Part shown: one piece after another, positions 34,981 through 46,644 of the stretch
How the letters are laid out: every line of letters begins with the position of its first letter
How positions within the stretch are numbered: position 1 is the stretch's first letter
From: a virus
Lineage: Duplodnaviria > Caudoviricetes
Virus record (IMG/VR): IMGVR_UViG_3300034102_004028
Coordinates: 1-56,978 of that record
Reading direction: 5' to 3' (one strand)
DNA: 56,978 nt
Position numbers and translations under genes: made by a program
Notes under the pieces: generated by a model
Told to the model about the DNA's origin: nothing
Databases searched by the model: none
Seen by the model: only the letters and a program-made list of their open reading frames with translations

Positions 34981-36306
34981 ATGTCAGCACTTATTACGAA
35001 AAATTTTAAGATTTTATTGGCCAAACAAGTTTATAACTTGATGGAAATCGGAGCCAACTCTTATCTTCCTTCAGATAGGAAGTCTTATATTTACGCCTTT
35101 TTGGGTAAACAACTACCTTGGAATTCAGGAACAGAAATCGCTGGAACACCTTTAGAAAGTGTTAATGCTTATAACGATTACTTTAAAAGAGGTATTTTTG
35201 CCAAACAGGTTTCTTTAGAAAATTGTTCTTTAGTCACTCCTAGAGTTAACTGGTCGTCAAATACAATTTACAATACGTATGAAGCAAATACAAACTTTTA
35301 TGTGTTAAATTCGAAAGACCAAGTTTTCAAATGTCTCGCAAATAATTCAGGAGCATCTTCTACTACAGAACCAGAACTTTCACTTTCAACAACTTCTCTT
35401 GAAGAACCTTATGTTGAAACTGTCGATGGTTACAAGTGGAAATATATGATGACGCTCACATCATTACAAAAACAAAAGTTTTTGACTTCGGAGTGGATGC
35501 CTGTTGTATATAACAAATTCGTTCGTGCTGCCGCCGAGCCAGGTTCCATAGATATTGTAACTGTTACAAATTCTGGAAATAATTACACCGATGGTACAAC
35601 ACAATCAATTATAACAATTGATGGTGATGGAACTGGAGCAATCTTAAAAGCAAACGTTTTTTCCGGACAAGTGCAAGATATTGTCATTCAAAATAGAGGC
35701 AATTATTACACTTATGCTAATTTGACATTTACAGATGTAACTGGTGGAACAGGAACTGGAGCAACTGCTACCGTTTCAATTGCACCTCACGATGGCCATG
35801 GTTATGACCCCGTTTATGAATTGGGTGCAAGTACGGTTATGTTTAACGTTGAGTTTGATGGTGAAGAAGGTGGAGTAATTCCTGTAGATAATGATTTTAG
35901 AGAAATCGTTTTGGTTCAAAACCCGTATTTGAACGGAACTACAAATCCAGCCACTGCTAATGGCTACAGTCTTTACACAAAAGTAAAAGTTTCACCTGGT
36001 ATTGGTGATTTCAATTCTGACGAAATCGTTTATCAAGGAGCAACTTTTGCGGAAGCAACTTTTACCGCTGAAGTTATATCTTTTGATACGGTTGAAAATT
36101 TTCTTTATTTAAATAATGTTCGCGGAACAATAGCGGGTAATCAAGCTATTAAAGGATTCTCAACAGGCTCAATTCGTGTTGTGAATAATGTTACAAACCC
36201 TACACTAGATTTATACTCCGGTAAAGTATTATACATATCTGACAAGCTACCAATAACAAGAGATATTGACCAGACGGAACGAATCCGTTTCATACTGAGT
36301 TTCTAA
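34981..36306 (+). CDS. gp8: baseplate wedge gp8
   Basis: PRVNW, FYVLN....VFKCL.N, DGYKWKYM, GHG.DP..ELG, SGKVLY....PITR...QTE. Confidence 0.88.
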   Translation: MSALITKNFKILLAKQVYNLMEIGANSYLPSDRKSYIYAFLGKQLPWNSGTEIAGTPLESVNAYNDYFKRGIFAKQVSLENCSLVTPRVNWSSNTIYNTYEANTNFYVLNSKDQVFKCLANNSGASSTTEPELSLSTTSLEEPYVETVDGYKWKYMMTLTSLQKQKFLTSEWMPVVYNKFVRAAAEPGSIDIVTVTNSGNNYTDGTTQSIITIDGDGTGAILKANVFSGQVQDIVIQNRGNYYTYANLTFTDVTGGTGTGATATVSIAPHDGHGYDPVYELGASTVMFNVEFDGEEGGVIPVDNDFREIVLVQNPYLNGTTNPATANGYSLYTKVKVSPGIGDFNSDEIVYQGATFAEATFTAEVISFDTVENFLYLNNVRGTIAGNQAIKGFSTGSIRVVNNVTNPTLDLYSGKVLYISDKLPITRDIDQTERIRFILSF

Positions 36307-36315
36307 GAGGAATAA

Positions 36316-39300
36316 ATGACAACTCTATTCAATTACGACCCATACTACGATGACTTCGATGAAGATAAAAACTTCATGCGTGTTTTGTTTCGTCCAGGAT
36401 ATTCGGTCCAAGCAAGAGAACTAACACAATTACAAACTATTCTTTCCAATCAAATTGAAAAGTTTGGTAACCACATTTTCAAAAGTGGTAGCCCAATCAT
36501 TGGTGGTAAAGTTTCTTTGGATAGAAAAGCAAATTATATCATATTGCAATCTCAATATGGTGGCACAGATATTGAACCTTCACAGTTTTTGAATAAGACA
36601 ATTGTTTCTTTTGGAAGCGGTAAACTTGTAAGAGCAAAAGTTATTGCAATTGATACCACTGATTCGACTTCACCTGCTCTTATTATTAAATACTTGAGTG
36701 GTGATAAATTTGCTGAAAATGAAGATATTAGAGTTTATGGTGAAGATATTTTTGCCACTTTAAAAACTTCTAATGCCACAGGTGGTTCTCTTGTTGCAAG
36801 TATCCAAGAAGGCGTTTACTACTTTAAAGGTCAATTTGTAAAAGTAGTTCCACAATTCTTGCTAATTGAGTTGTTCTATAGAATTGGAAATAGTTCAACT
36901 ATAAACACTAAGCCATCCTATAAAATTGGTATCGAATTTGATGAAACTATTGTAGATGAAATTGATGATACTTCTCTGTTAGACCCAGCACAGGGTTCAT
37001 TTAACTATCAAGCCCCTGGTGCAAATAGATTTAAAATTTCAACAAATCTTTCAAAGAGAACTATCGATTCTTCTGACGTTTCTACGTTCTTCGAAATTCT
37101 TCGTCTAGTTGAAGATACTGTTGTTAAAGAAATTGACTATCCAATTTACAGTGAGATAGAAAAAACTTTAGCTCGTAGAACTTATGACGAATCTGGCAAC
37201 TATACTGTTGACCCATTTGTCATTTCACTTGAAGAAGGTGATGTAGCTAATGGAAAATTTGATGTTACACTGGACCCAGGTAAGGCTTATGTTGGTGGTT
37301 ATGAATTCCAAACTATTGCTCCAACAACAATAAGTGTGGATAGAGCTAGAGATGTTGCAAACGTAAATGATTATGACTTATCAACAAATTATGAATCTAG
37401 TGTTGTATTGGCCAATGTTCGTGGAACATTAGATATTTCCACATATCCACAGTTGGATATACATTGTGTGCCTCACGCAAGCATTTCAATATCCACTGGA
37501 CCTGCATATAATTCCACAAAAATTGGAACTGTTTATGCACACATGATTCGTTACAACGATTCAACAAATTCTGCGAATGGTAACTCACACACATTCACAA
37601 CTTATACCTTTGGAGCAAATAATTCTCCTATAACTGGTACTCTTGGTGGTTCTGGTTCTTCAGCAACAACCATCAGAATACCGGCCGCATTTAATGCTTC
37701 GTTGACGGCTAATGCATATGCAAACATGTACTTCAGAATTACTGATGCTGGTGGTTCTGCTCTTGCTCCAATTTTAATTACAAGTTCGAATACCGCAACA
37801 TTGAATCTACAATCTGCGTTGCCGTTTATTCCATCATCAAACACATTCAGCATTGAATCCGACTTCACTGCTGCCGAGTCTCTTGTTGCAAATGGTGGAT
37901 TGTACATTGCATTTGCCGGTAACATTGACGCGGATTCTAAATCGACAACTACAGGATTTGCATCTATCAACGAGCCTGCAAGAGCTTCATTGATATTCAA
38001 CCCACCACAAACCGCAATTAAAGCGAATACTATTTCTAATATGGATTTCTATGCTAGAAAGAAATATTCTGGCACAACTTCTGGTGGTAAATTTACTGTA
38101 ACTGCTTCTGGTACCGATAGTTTCGCATTCTCAAGTGGTTCTGGTACAATTTCTGATGCATTACTACAAGATAACATTATCTGTTTTGTTCGCTCAGACA
38201 GTGCAAGTAACGTTCAATTCGGTGTTACACCAAATACTGTTATCGCTCTATCAAATAATAATTTTACCGTAACTTCAGTTTCCACATCTTCTTTTGAAGT
38301 TGATTTGAAGGTGACTGAAACTGTTAAAGTTGACTTGTTAGTAACGACAAAAATAAACAATGCTGAAGATGGTGCAACTGGTGTAACAAAACGTAAACAA
38401 CTTGTTCCTATTACCAGTGGTATAGATTTACATTCTTTGATTCCATATGAAATGAACACTGGTGGAACTCAAGGCACAACAGTTCTTTATTCCGCAAACA
38501 CAGCCGCAGAGACCACAACCTTCTCTGGTGGTATGATATTCAAGAGTATTGGTGCGACAAACTTTACCAATTCTTCTACTTTAACCGACTTGAGAACTCC
38601 AGGTAAAGCTGTAAGCTTACAAGTGCCTGATGTATACGAGATTGTTGGAATTTATGATTCCAAATCACCTACATCAAACGTAACTTCAGCGATGTTGACT
38701 GATTCTTCTTACAATATTACTAACAGATATGACTTCGATAATGGTCAGAGAAAAACTCATTATGACCATGCAACTATTAAATTGAAACGCGGTTTCTCTG
38801 CACCAACAGGCAGAATCTTTGTTCAATATAGTTACTTCAAGAGCTTGTCGGTTTTCAATGGTTTATTCACTATTGATTCTTATGCACAAGGTTCTAACGT
38901 AGATTATAATGAAGTTCCTTCATTCAACGATAAAGAAAACAACACACTAGTTAGCTTAAGGTCTGCATTTGACTTTAGACCATATAAAGCAATTGGTGGC
39001 ACTTCACTTTCTGGTGGTTTGAATCCCGAACCATTACAAAACATTGAAATGTCATATGACTATTATCTACCTAGAATTGACAGAGTTGTTGTCAAATCTG
39101 GTGGTGAATTTGCTATTGTAAGAGGACAAGCCGCAATTCAACCTATTGCTCCGGTTATTGACGGAAAGGACATGCTAATTTATACTTTGACGATTCCAGC
39201 TTATACTGAGAATGTTAAAGATATTCGTGCTGACTTTAAAAATAATCGTCGCTATACAATGCAAGACATCCAAGGATTCGAAGATAGAATTCGCGGACTT

Positions 39301-42300
39301 GAATACTATGTTTCTCTGAACTCTTTGGAAAAGAGTGCCGCTGATGCAAAAATTTTAGACTCAAATGGTTTGGAAAGAGCGAAGTACGGCATACTTGTTG
39401 ACAACTTCACAAACAAAGAACTTGTTCAATTAACTAGCACACAAGACAATAGAAATTTGTTGGATAAAGGAACTCTTTACCCAGCATCATTAATGAGACA
39501 AGTTAAGCTACAAGCAAACAACGTTTTATTTTCCGGTTCAACTAAAGTTGTTGGAACAGGAACGAAGAAGGCATACATGCTTTCTTACAGTACGGCTGGT
39601 TTTGCTCAACAACAATATTACACCAAATCTCTTCCAATCGCGCAAGCTTTATTTGCAAACTTTAGAGGTGTCACAAAGTTATTCCCAGAATTTACAGGTG
39701 ATGTTGACACCGGCGTTACAGCAAAAGTTACTTTAAATTCTACTCAAGGAATAGAAAATGCTTTCAACTTCATAAATGGAGCATTCAAGTACATTGCAGA
39801 TAACAGTCCACAGTGGGCTGATGATAAAAACAGTCCATTTGCTCAAATTATTGATACTAAATGGTATCAAACAAGAAATGAAGTTTCGCAGAGCGGTATA
39901 GGTTGGCAACAACAAGGTTTCGGTTTTGTTACGACAACAAATGAAGTTACCTTTGCTAAAGCGGGAACAGAATTTTCACAAAAACAAATTTCCACATCAT
40001 CTTCAGAAGTTGATGTTGGTACTTTTGTTACCGACTTGGCTATTCAGCCTTACATGAAACCTAAGAGAATTGTATTCTCGTCTGTTGGCTTAAGACCTTC
40101 AACAAGAATGTATAGTTTCTTTGATGATGTAAATGTTAATCAATATATTGTTGTTCCAAATCGCGTTACATTGAACGTTAATACTTCGTTAGTTAATGGC
40201 GAAACTGTTCTTATTGCTAACACTTATGCTGATTTATTGGCAAATGTTGCAAGTTTAGTTTCTGGTGGAACCTCGTATAAAACTGGCACTGTTGTGATGA
40301 GTGAAACTGGTTCTGCTAATGTTTCAATTATAAATGAAAACTCATCTATAAACCTAACAAGCAATTTCATTTATGGTATTGACACTGGCGGCGTTTATTC
40401 GATTTCGTCTGTAAACGACCATCGTTCAGGTGTTACAAGAGGAATAACTTCAACAACAATAACTCTTGCCGCTGACGCTCCTTCTTATGATATTTCAGGC
40501 AATACTTTGTACCTGGTTCACACTTCAAATAATGAAGTTGGTGTTGGTGCATCTTTCAGTATTGCAAGTTACAATGGCACAACTAAAGTGGCTACTGTAG
40601 CTGGCGCCGCCGCACATGCAGGTAAGCAATACACATACAGTTTTGGAAATAACAATTCTAACAAGCTAGGTCAAGTTGGTGGTGCTCTTTACATGCCTGA
40701 AGCTACTTTCCGTTCTGGTCAGAGAAACTTCCGTGTAACAGAATCTTTCAATAACACATACGATACTGATGCAATTTCTTTTGCCGACAAAGTTTATACA
40801 TCTTCAGGTGTAACTGTAAACAAAACGACTCTGGTCGATACAGTTTTAAATGTTGATGTGGATGCCAAAATTATTGGTTCCACAACAAGAGAGAGGGTTG
40901 TTGGAACAAGAGAATTGAGCAGTGTTTTCACCGCCGTTGGTCGTGACCCATTAGCACAAACTTTCTTTGTCGATTCGCAAAAATATCCTTATGGACTATT
41001 CTTAGACAGCGTTGATTTGTTCTTTAGAGCAAAAGACGATGGAAATATTCCTGTTATGGTTCAAATTCGACCAACAGTTAATGGTGCTCCTTCTTCTGAC
41101 TATTGGTATCCAGAATCTGTTGTCGTAAAATATCCTAGCGAAATTAACGTTTCTGAAAATCCATTAATTTCTACAGCATCAACAACAACAAACTTCAAGT
41201 TTGATTTCCCTGTTTATCTGAAACCAGGTTTATATTCGTTCATCGTATTGACAGATTCGGACGAGTACACAATGTGGGCAGCAGAAAAAGGTGGCACAAC
41301 TGTTAACAATGAATTTGTAGACAAACAGCCTTATTTGGGAACACTATACAAATCTCAAAACTCGATGGAATACGTTCCGTTCTTGAATGAAGATTTGATG
41401 TTCAAATTGAACCGTTGTGTTTTCCCCACAACTTCCGCCACATTGTATTTCGAGAATGAAGCAACACCTTCACTGTATTATGCTGACAAGTATAAGTTGA
41501 TGGAAACATCGATTAATCCTTCAGCCAATGTTACTAGTTTGAACTATTCTATTGTTACAACTACAGTAGCGGGTGCAAAAGAAACTTCTTATACACCAAT
41601 AACTCCTTATGCGACATATTCTTTCGCAGAAGATGAATATTATGCTGTAGGTTTCCGCCGCAAGAAACTAGGAAACAAAAACGATTGGACTGTAAAAGCG
41701 GTTATGTCAACTACGAATGATGCAGTCTCTCCAATTATTTCTGAAGAAAGTCTGCATCTAAATGTTTGGGAAAACTTCCTTGATAATGCAGAAATTAATT
41801 CGGAAGATTTCACGATTGTTGCTCCTGGTTCAGGCTACAGTAATGCTAATTTGATTACAATTACAAGTTCTACTGGTGCAGGCGCAAATGCAAACGTAAC
41901 TGTTGATGCCAACGGAAACGTTGTTGCGATTTATGTAACTTCAGAAGGTTCTGGCTATTTGGATGATTTCAGTATTTCATACTATGCACATCCTACAACA
42001 CCTGCAACAATTGTATTGAACAGTGAATTTGATTCATCTGGTGGTCCTTGCCTAGCAAGATACATCACTAAACCTATTAAACTTGCTGACGGATATGAAG
42101 CTGGTGATTTACGTGTATTCTTAAGCGCAAATAAACCAGGTGTTTCAGAAGTTTCCGTTTTCTACAAAGTATTGTCTGATTCGGATGGTACGGAATTTGA
42201 TGACAGACCATATCAGAAGATGGTATGTATTAATCCGACTTTAACACCATCTCAAGATTTGACAACTTATCGTGAATATGAATATCGTCCTTCAGCGACA

Positions 42301-42447
42301 GTAAATCAAGTAACTTATACTGGAACAAATGGTGTAACATACGATACATTTAAAACTTTTGCAATCAAAGTTGTTTTAACCTCAAGTGACCCAGCTATTC
42401 CACCAAGTGTAAGAGATTTGCGTATCATTGCAACACCTGCGGAGTGA
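36316..42447 (+). CDS. large virion structural protein (DUF4815/VrlC-like)
   Basis: PYYDDFDE.KNF.RVLFRPG.SVQARELTQLQTILSNQIEKFG, DPLAQTF, EDLMFKL, F.TFAIK.V. Confidence 0.8.
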   Translation: MTTLFNYDPYYDDFDEDKNFMRVLFRPGYSVQARELTQLQTILSNQIEKFGNHIFKSGSPIIGGKVSLDRKANYIILQSQYGGTDIEPSQFLNKTIVSFGSGKLVRAKVIAIDTTDSTSPALIIKYLSGDKFAENEDIRVYGEDIFATLKTSNATGGSLVASIQEGVYYFKGQFVKVVPQFLLIELFYRIGNSSTINTKPSYKIGIEFDETIVDEIDDTSLLDPAQGSFNYQAPGANRFKISTNLSKRTIDSSDVSTFFEILRLVEDTVVKEIDYPIYSEIEKTLARRTYDESGNYTVDPFVISLEEGDVANGKFDVTLDPGKAYVGGYEFQTIAPTTISVDRARDVANVNDYDLSTNYESSVVLANVRGTLDISTYPQLDIHCVPHASISISTGPAYNSTKIGTVYAHMIRYNDSTNSANGNSHTFTTYTFGANNSPITGTLGGSGSSATTIRIPAAFNASLTANAYANMYFRITDAGGSALAPILITSSNTATLNLQSALPFIPSSNTFSIESDFTAAESLVANGGLYIAFAGNIDADSKSTTTGFASINEPARASLIFNPPQTAIKANTISNMDFYARKKYSGTTSGGKFTVTASGTDSFAFSSGSGTISDALLQDNIICFVRSDSASNVQFGVTPNTVIALSNNNFTVTSVSTSSFEVDLKVTETVKVDLLVTTKINNAEDGATGVTKRKQLVPITSGIDLHSLIPYEMNTGGTQGTTVLYSANTAAETTTFSGGMIFKSIGATNFTNSSTLTDLRTPGKAVSLQVPDVYEIVGIYDSKSPTSNVTSAMLTDSSYNITNRYDFDNGQRKTHYDHATIKLKRGFSAPTGRIFVQYSYFKSLSVFNGLFTIDSYAQGSNVDYNEVPSFNDKENNTLVSLRSAFDFRPYKAIGGTSLSGGLNPEPLQNIEMSYDYYLPRIDRVVVKSGGEFAIVRGQAAIQPIAPVIDGKDMLIYTLTIPAYTENVKDIRADFKNNRRYTMQDIQGFEDRIRGLEYYVSLNSLEKSAADAKILDSNGLERAKYGILVDNFTNKELVQLTSTQDNRNLLDKGTLYPASLMRQVKLQANNVLFSGSTKVVGTGTKKAYMLSYSTAGFAQQQYYTKSLPIAQALFANFRGVTKLFPEFTGDVDTGVTAKVTLNSTQGIENAFNFINGAFKYIADNSPQWADDKNSPFAQIIDTKWYQTRNEVSQSGIGWQQQGFGFVTTTNEVTFAKAGTEFSQKQISTSSSEVDVGTFVTDLAIQPYMKPKRIVFSSVGLRPSTRMYSFFDDVNVNQYIVVPNRVTLNVNTSLVNGETVLIANTYADLLANVASLVSGGTSYKTGTVVMSETGSANVSIINENSSINLTSNFIYGIDTGGVYSISSVNDHRSGVTRGITSTTITLAADAPSYDISGNTLYLVHTSNNEVGVGASFSIASYNGTTKVATVAGAAAHAGKQYTYSFGNNNSNKLGQVGGALYMPEATFRSGQRNFRVTESFNNTYDTDAISFADKVYTSSGVTVNKTTLVDTVLNVDVDAKIIGSTTRERVVGTRELSSVFTAVGRDPLAQTFFVDSQKYPYGLFLDSVDLFFRAKDDGNIPVMVQIRPTVNGAPSSDYWYPESVVVKYPSEINVSENPLISTASTTTNFKFDFPVYLKPGLYSFIVLTDSDEYTMWAAEKGGTTVNNEFVDKQPYLGTLYKSQNSMEYVPFLNEDLMFKLNRCVFPTTSATLYFENEATPSLYYADKYKLMETSINPSANVTSLNYSIVTTTVAGAKETSYTPITPYATYSFAEDEYYAVGFRRKKLGNKNDWTVKAVMSTTNDAVSPIISEESLHLNVWENFLDNAEINSEDFTIVAPGSGYSNANLITITSSTGAGANANVTVDANGNVVAIYVTSEGSGYLDDFSISYYAHPTTPATIVLNSEFDSSGGPCLARYITKPIKLADGYEAGDLRVFLSANKPGVSEVSVFYKVLSDSDGTEFDDRPYQKMVCINPTLTPSQDLTTYREYEYRPSATVNQVTYTGTNGVTYDTFKTFAIKVVLTSSDPAIPPSVRDLRIIATPAE

Positions 42448-42450
42448 TAG

Positions 42451-42684
42451 ATGAAACTGAAGGTTGAAGGTACAAATTTTGTGAAAGATACTGCAACAAA
42501 CGCCCTTCTGATGACGGGGCGTTCTGCGTTAATTGAAAATGAAGCGAGAAGAAAACTCGCCCAAAGAATTAATGGTAAAAATGATGAGATAAATAACCTC
42601 AAGACCCAAGTAGAATCTATGTCTCAAGACATGAAAGATATAAAACAACTACTCAACGCTTTATTGAATCAGAGTAAAGAATAA
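42451..42684 (+). CDS. small coiled-coil protein
   Basis: VEG...VKD..TNALL; C-terminal heptads; typical neighbour of the large structural gene. Confidence 0.75.
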   Translation: MKLKVEGTNFVKDTATNALLMTGRSALIENEARRKLAQRINGKNDEINNLKTQVESMSQDMKDIKQLLNALLNQSKE

Positions 42685-45600
42685 TGCCAATCAGTAATAT
42701 TACCAGAACAAACACAGTTGACGAATGGCGCATACAGACCAATTTGTCAGCTAATGCTCTCAATAAAATTGAGACCGGAAACTATGATAAAACAGCAGGC
42801 TCTTTAAACATTGCTTGTACCGCAGTTTTATCGATTACCTCTACAGGAACAGGTCTTTCTGTAGCAAACAATGCTCTTGTTTCTGGTGATTTCACTGTTG
42901 GTAAAAGTATTGCTCTGGGTTCAGAAGGTGCCGCAACTGGTAACTTAGCTGTTGGTGCAAATGTTTTCATTTATGGTAGAGGCGCCGCACTTTATGTTGC
43001 AAATAGTGCAATTGTTAATGTCAGCATTCAAGCAACACAATCTATTCGTACAAATAATTTTATTGCTAATACAGACGCCTCAATTACAGGCACAGCACAA
43101 ATTGGCTACTTAACTGTTAATAACTCTACAGCAATTGGAACTACTCTTGCTGTAGTCGGTAACACAACTGTTGGTAATTTAGTAACCGCAAATTCTGTCG
43201 TTGGTGATAATGGTCGATTTTCCAGCAATTTGGTTGCATCACACTTTGTTACTGTTGCTGGTTCTCTAGTTGCTGATAGTGCGAGAATCACCTCTAACGC
43301 AACTTTTGGTGAAACCACTGCTACAACAATTAACACCACAAACGCTAGAATTTCTGGTAACGCTAACGTTTCATCTATTACTGCATCTGGTTCTTTGGTT
43401 GCTGATAATGCCAGAATTGCGGCGAATGCGACCTTTGGTGAAACCACCGCTACAACAATTAACACCACAAACGCTAGAATTTCCGGTAATGCTAACGTAG
43501 CTCACGTAACAGCTACTGGTTCTCTAGTTGCCGATAATGCAAGAATTACTGCGAATACGACAGGTTCACATTTCATAGCATCTGGTTCTCTAGTTGCTGA
43601 TAGTGCCAGAATTGCGGCTAACGCAACTTTTGGTGAGACAACAGCTACAACCATTAATACAACCAATGCAAGAATTTCTGGTAACGCCAACGTTGCTCAT
43701 GTTACCGCATCTGGTTCTTTTGTAGGTGATTCGGCTAGAATTACTGCAAATGCAACCGTAGCACACATTATTGCCAGCGGTTCTTTAGTTGCAGATTCAG
43801 CCAGAATTACTGCGAATGCAACCTTTGGTGAAACCACTGCTACAACAATTAACACCACAAACGCCAGAATTTCTGGAAATGCCAACGTTGCTCATGTGAC
43901 GGCTTCAGGTTCTTTAGTTGCAGATTCAGCTAGAATTACTGCGAATGCAACCTTTGGTGAAACCACTGCGACAACAATTAATACAACTAATGCTCGTATA
44001 TCAGGAAATGCCAACGTAGCTCATGTTACAGCATCTGGTTCACTAGTTGCAGATAGCGCAAGAATTGCCGCAAATGCAACATTCGGTGAAACAACTGCAA
44101 CCACTATTAATGCGACAAATGCTCGTATATCAGGAAATGCCAACGTAGCGCACCTGACCGCTTCAGGTTCAACCGTAGCCGATAGTTTAAGAATAACTAC
44201 AGACGCCGGCATCGGTGGCACACTAAGAGTTACAGGAAACTCCGTTTTCGGTAATGTGAACACATCCAACATGGTGTATGCAGGTACACTGAGAACGGTT
44301 GGTAGAACAGATGTTGGTGGAGCACTAACAGTAGGCACAGATGCGTCGATTGGTGGAAAGTTAACTGTCTCTGGTGACTTCGTTCTTTCTGGTGATATTG
44401 TTTATGATACAGACGTTCTTTCAATTAGCACAATTACTCCAGTTACAACAACAGGTGCAGGATACTTCGGTGTATTCAGAGGTAACACTACGGGTGGTGT
44501 TACTGGCCATAATGGTTTGGCTAACTCAGATGCTAATGCATATATTCGTTGGGTAGCTTCTTCAAACACATGGCAAATTCGTGATGTATTTAATCCTGAT
44601 GTTGGAACAAGCTATTCAAAAGTTTTAACTGCAAATTTAATTAGCAGTAGCTTGACTTCAACAAGTACAGATACTTTCTTAAGTTCTTCTGGTGCAAAGA
44701 GTCTGAAAGATTCTATCAATACTGAAATCACTGATAGACAAGCCAATGTTGGTGCGGCTAGAATTGCGGATACTGGTTCTGCTCAAGCAAACACTGGTGC
44801 TGCCAGATTAGAGTTATTGGCCAATACTGGCGCTGGCAGAATTGCTGACCAGACTTCTATTTCTACAGCCAACACCAACATGAAGAATTATGTTGATGTT
44901 ATTAAAGGTAATATAGAAGCTAATACTGGTGCTCTCAACATAGCTAAGTTTGATAAGTCTGGTGGCACAATTACAGGTTCAGTAACAATAAACGGTGGTT
45001 TGACTGTTAATGGTGCTGTCACTACAATAAACACCGAAGAAGTTAATATTTCTGACAATGAAATTGTTCTAAACTCTGATTGGCCGACAAATTCGATGCC
45101 TTCGCAAAATGCAGGCATCGTAATCAACAGAGGTTCTTTAGCAAATTCACCAAACGTTTTCATTCGCTATGATGAAGGAAACGACTACTGGGTATTGAGA
45201 GATAATGTTGGACAATTTATTATTGCAACAGCCGCTAACGTTGGTGTTGCTTTAATTACTGCTACGAATGCAGGTCAGGCTAACGTTGGTGCGGGCAGAA
45301 TTGCCGATACTGCTTCTGCTCAAGCAAACACTGGTGCTGCCGTAATATCTTTAAGCAACTCAATAACTAACGCAATCAATTCAGGTCAAGCAAACGTTGG
45401 TGCGGCTAGAATTGCGGATACTGCTTCTGCTCAAGCAAATACTGGTGCAGGTTTAATCTCATTAAATACATCACTAACAAATGCTTATCAAGCAAACGTT
45501 GGTGCGGCTAGAATTGCGGATACTGCTTCTGCCCAAGCAAATACTGGTGCAGGTTTAATCTCATTAAATACATCAGTTCAAGCTAACGTTGGTGCTGGAT

Positions 45601-46643
45601 TAATAGCAAATAAATTAGCATCCGATGCAAACGTTGGCGCAGGTTTAATCTCATTAAATACATCAGTTCAAGCTAACGTTGGTGCTGGTATTATTACTGC
45701 GAACAACAACCTTAAGAATTATGTTGATGTAGCTAATACCAATCTTAAGAATTATGTTGATGTGGCAGTAGCTGGTAAAGATAATACTGATGAAATTACT
45801 GAAGGAAGCACCAACTTATACTTCACTAACGCTAGAGCAAGAGCGGCAGTCAGTGCTAGTGGTTCTTTAAGCTATAATTCATCTACTGGTGTTTTCAGCT
45901 ATACAACACCAAGCACTTCTGGCATCAGTGAAGGAACAAACCTTTACTATACAGATGCTAGAGCAAGAGCGGCTGTAGGTGTGGCAGCAACTTTTGGTTC
46001 ACCATTAAATTACATTAGTGCAAACGGAGCTTTCCAACACTTGAACTCTGGTGTAAGTGCCGGAACTTTTGGAACTGCTTCTGTTGTTCCGCAAATTACC
46101 GTAAATGCATCTGGACATGTTACATCAGTATCTTGTACTTCGATTTCGATTGCTTCTAGCGCAGTTTCTGGTCTAGCCGCTTCTGCTACAACAAACGCAC
46201 TAGATGCATCGAATATTTCTTCTGGAACATTAGCGGCTGCAAGACTCGGAACAACAGGTGCACCACAATTTGGTTCTCTAGGTGTCGGTACCGCCGCTTC
46301 AGGAACAACAGGTGAAATTCGTGCAACCTCTGATATTACTGCTGGCTACTCTGATGATAGACTGAAGAACAGAGAAGGTAACATACAGAGTGCATTAGAC
46401 AAAGTTTCTAGTTTGAATGGTTTCTACTACACTGCTAATGAAGTTGCTCAACAACTTGGTTATTCTTCAAAGAGACAAGTTGGTATTTCAGCACAAGAAG
46501 TTCAAAATGTTTTACCTGAAGTTGTTGTACCAGCACCTATCGATGAAACATACCTGACCGTACAATATGAAAAAATGGTACCTCTGCTAATCGAAGCTAT
46601 CAAAGAATTGAAAGCAGAAATAGAAGAACTAAAGAAGAAGTAA
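42684..46643 (+). CDS. long tail fibre-like protein with C-terminal intramolecular chaperone (peptidase S74)
   Basis: T..EWR..TN N-terminus, tandem repeats, TDEITEGSTNLYFT motif, SDDRLK...GISAQEV..VLPEVV...V.YEKMVPLLIEAIKEL. Confidence 0.82.
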   Translation: MPISNITRTNTVDEWRIQTNLSANALNKIETGNYDKTAGSLNIACTAVLSITSTGTGLSVANNALVSGDFTVGKSIALGSEGAATGNLAVGANVFIYGRGAALYVANSAIVNVSIQATQSIRTNNFIANTDASITGTAQIGYLTVNNSTAIGTTLAVVGNTTVGNLVTANSVVGDNGRFSSNLVASHFVTVAGSLVADSARITSNATFGETTATTINTTNARISGNANVSSITASGSLVADNARIAANATFGETTATTINTTNARISGNANVAHVTATGSLVADNARITANTTGSHFIASGSLVADSARIAANATFGETTATTINTTNARISGNANVAHVTASGSFVGDSARITANATVAHIIASGSLVADSARITANATFGETTATTINTTNARISGNANVAHVTASGSLVADSARITANATFGETTATTINTTNARISGNANVAHVTASGSLVADSARIAANATFGETTATTINATNARISGNANVAHLTASGSTVADSLRITTDAGIGGTLRVTGNSVFGNVNTSNMVYAGTLRTVGRTDVGGALTVGTDASIGGKLTVSGDFVLSGDIVYDTDVLSISTITPVTTTGAGYFGVFRGNTTGGVTGHNGLANSDANAYIRWVASSNTWQIRDVFNPDVGTSYSKVLTANLISSSLTSTSTDTFLSSSGAKSLKDSINTEITDRQANVGAARIADTGSAQANTGAARLELLANTGAGRIADQTSISTANTNMKNYVDVIKGNIEANTGALNIAKFDKSGGTITGSVTINGGLTVNGAVTTINTEEVNISDNEIVLNSDWPTNSMPSQNAGIVINRGSLANSPNVFIRYDEGNDYWVLRDNVGQFIIATAANVGVALITATNAGQANVGAGRIADTASAQANTGAAVISLSNSITNAINSGQANVGAARIADTASAQANTGAGLISLNTSLTNAYQANVGAARIADTASAQANTGAGLISLNTSVQANVGAGLIANKLASDANVGAGLISLNTSVQANVGAGIITANNNLKNYVDVANTNLKNYVDVAVAGKDNTDEITEGSTNLYFTNARARAAVSASGSLSYNSSTGVFSYTTPSTSGISEGTNLYYTDARARAAVGVAATFGSPLNYISANGAFQHLNSGVSAGTFGTASVVPQITVNASGHVTSVSCTSISIASSAVSGLAASATTNALDASNISSGTLAAARLGTTGAPQFGSLGVGTAASGTTGEIRATSDITAGYSDDRLKNREGNIQSALDKVSSLNGFYYTANEVAQQLGYSSKRQVGISAQEVQNVLPEVVVPAPIDETYLTVQYEKMVPLLIEAIKELKAEIEELKKK
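43260..44168 (+). repeat. 129-bp/66-bp coding tandem repeat (43-aa and 22-aa units)
   Basis: Unit starts at 43260, 43389, 43518, 43584, 43713, 43779, 43908, 44037, 44166; GSLVADSARITANATFGETTATTINTTNARISGNANVAHVTAS. Confidence 0.85.
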
Positions 46644-46644
46644 A

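Noticed and set aside
43260-44168. Regular repeats as a CRISPR array
   Set aside because: In-frame coding repeats with synonymous variation and no unique spacers
42782-45163. Hydrophobic minus-strand ORFs (VVAVVSPKVA repeats)
   Set aside because: Antisense shadows of the Thr/Ala/Asn-rich fibre repeats; no RBS or promoter
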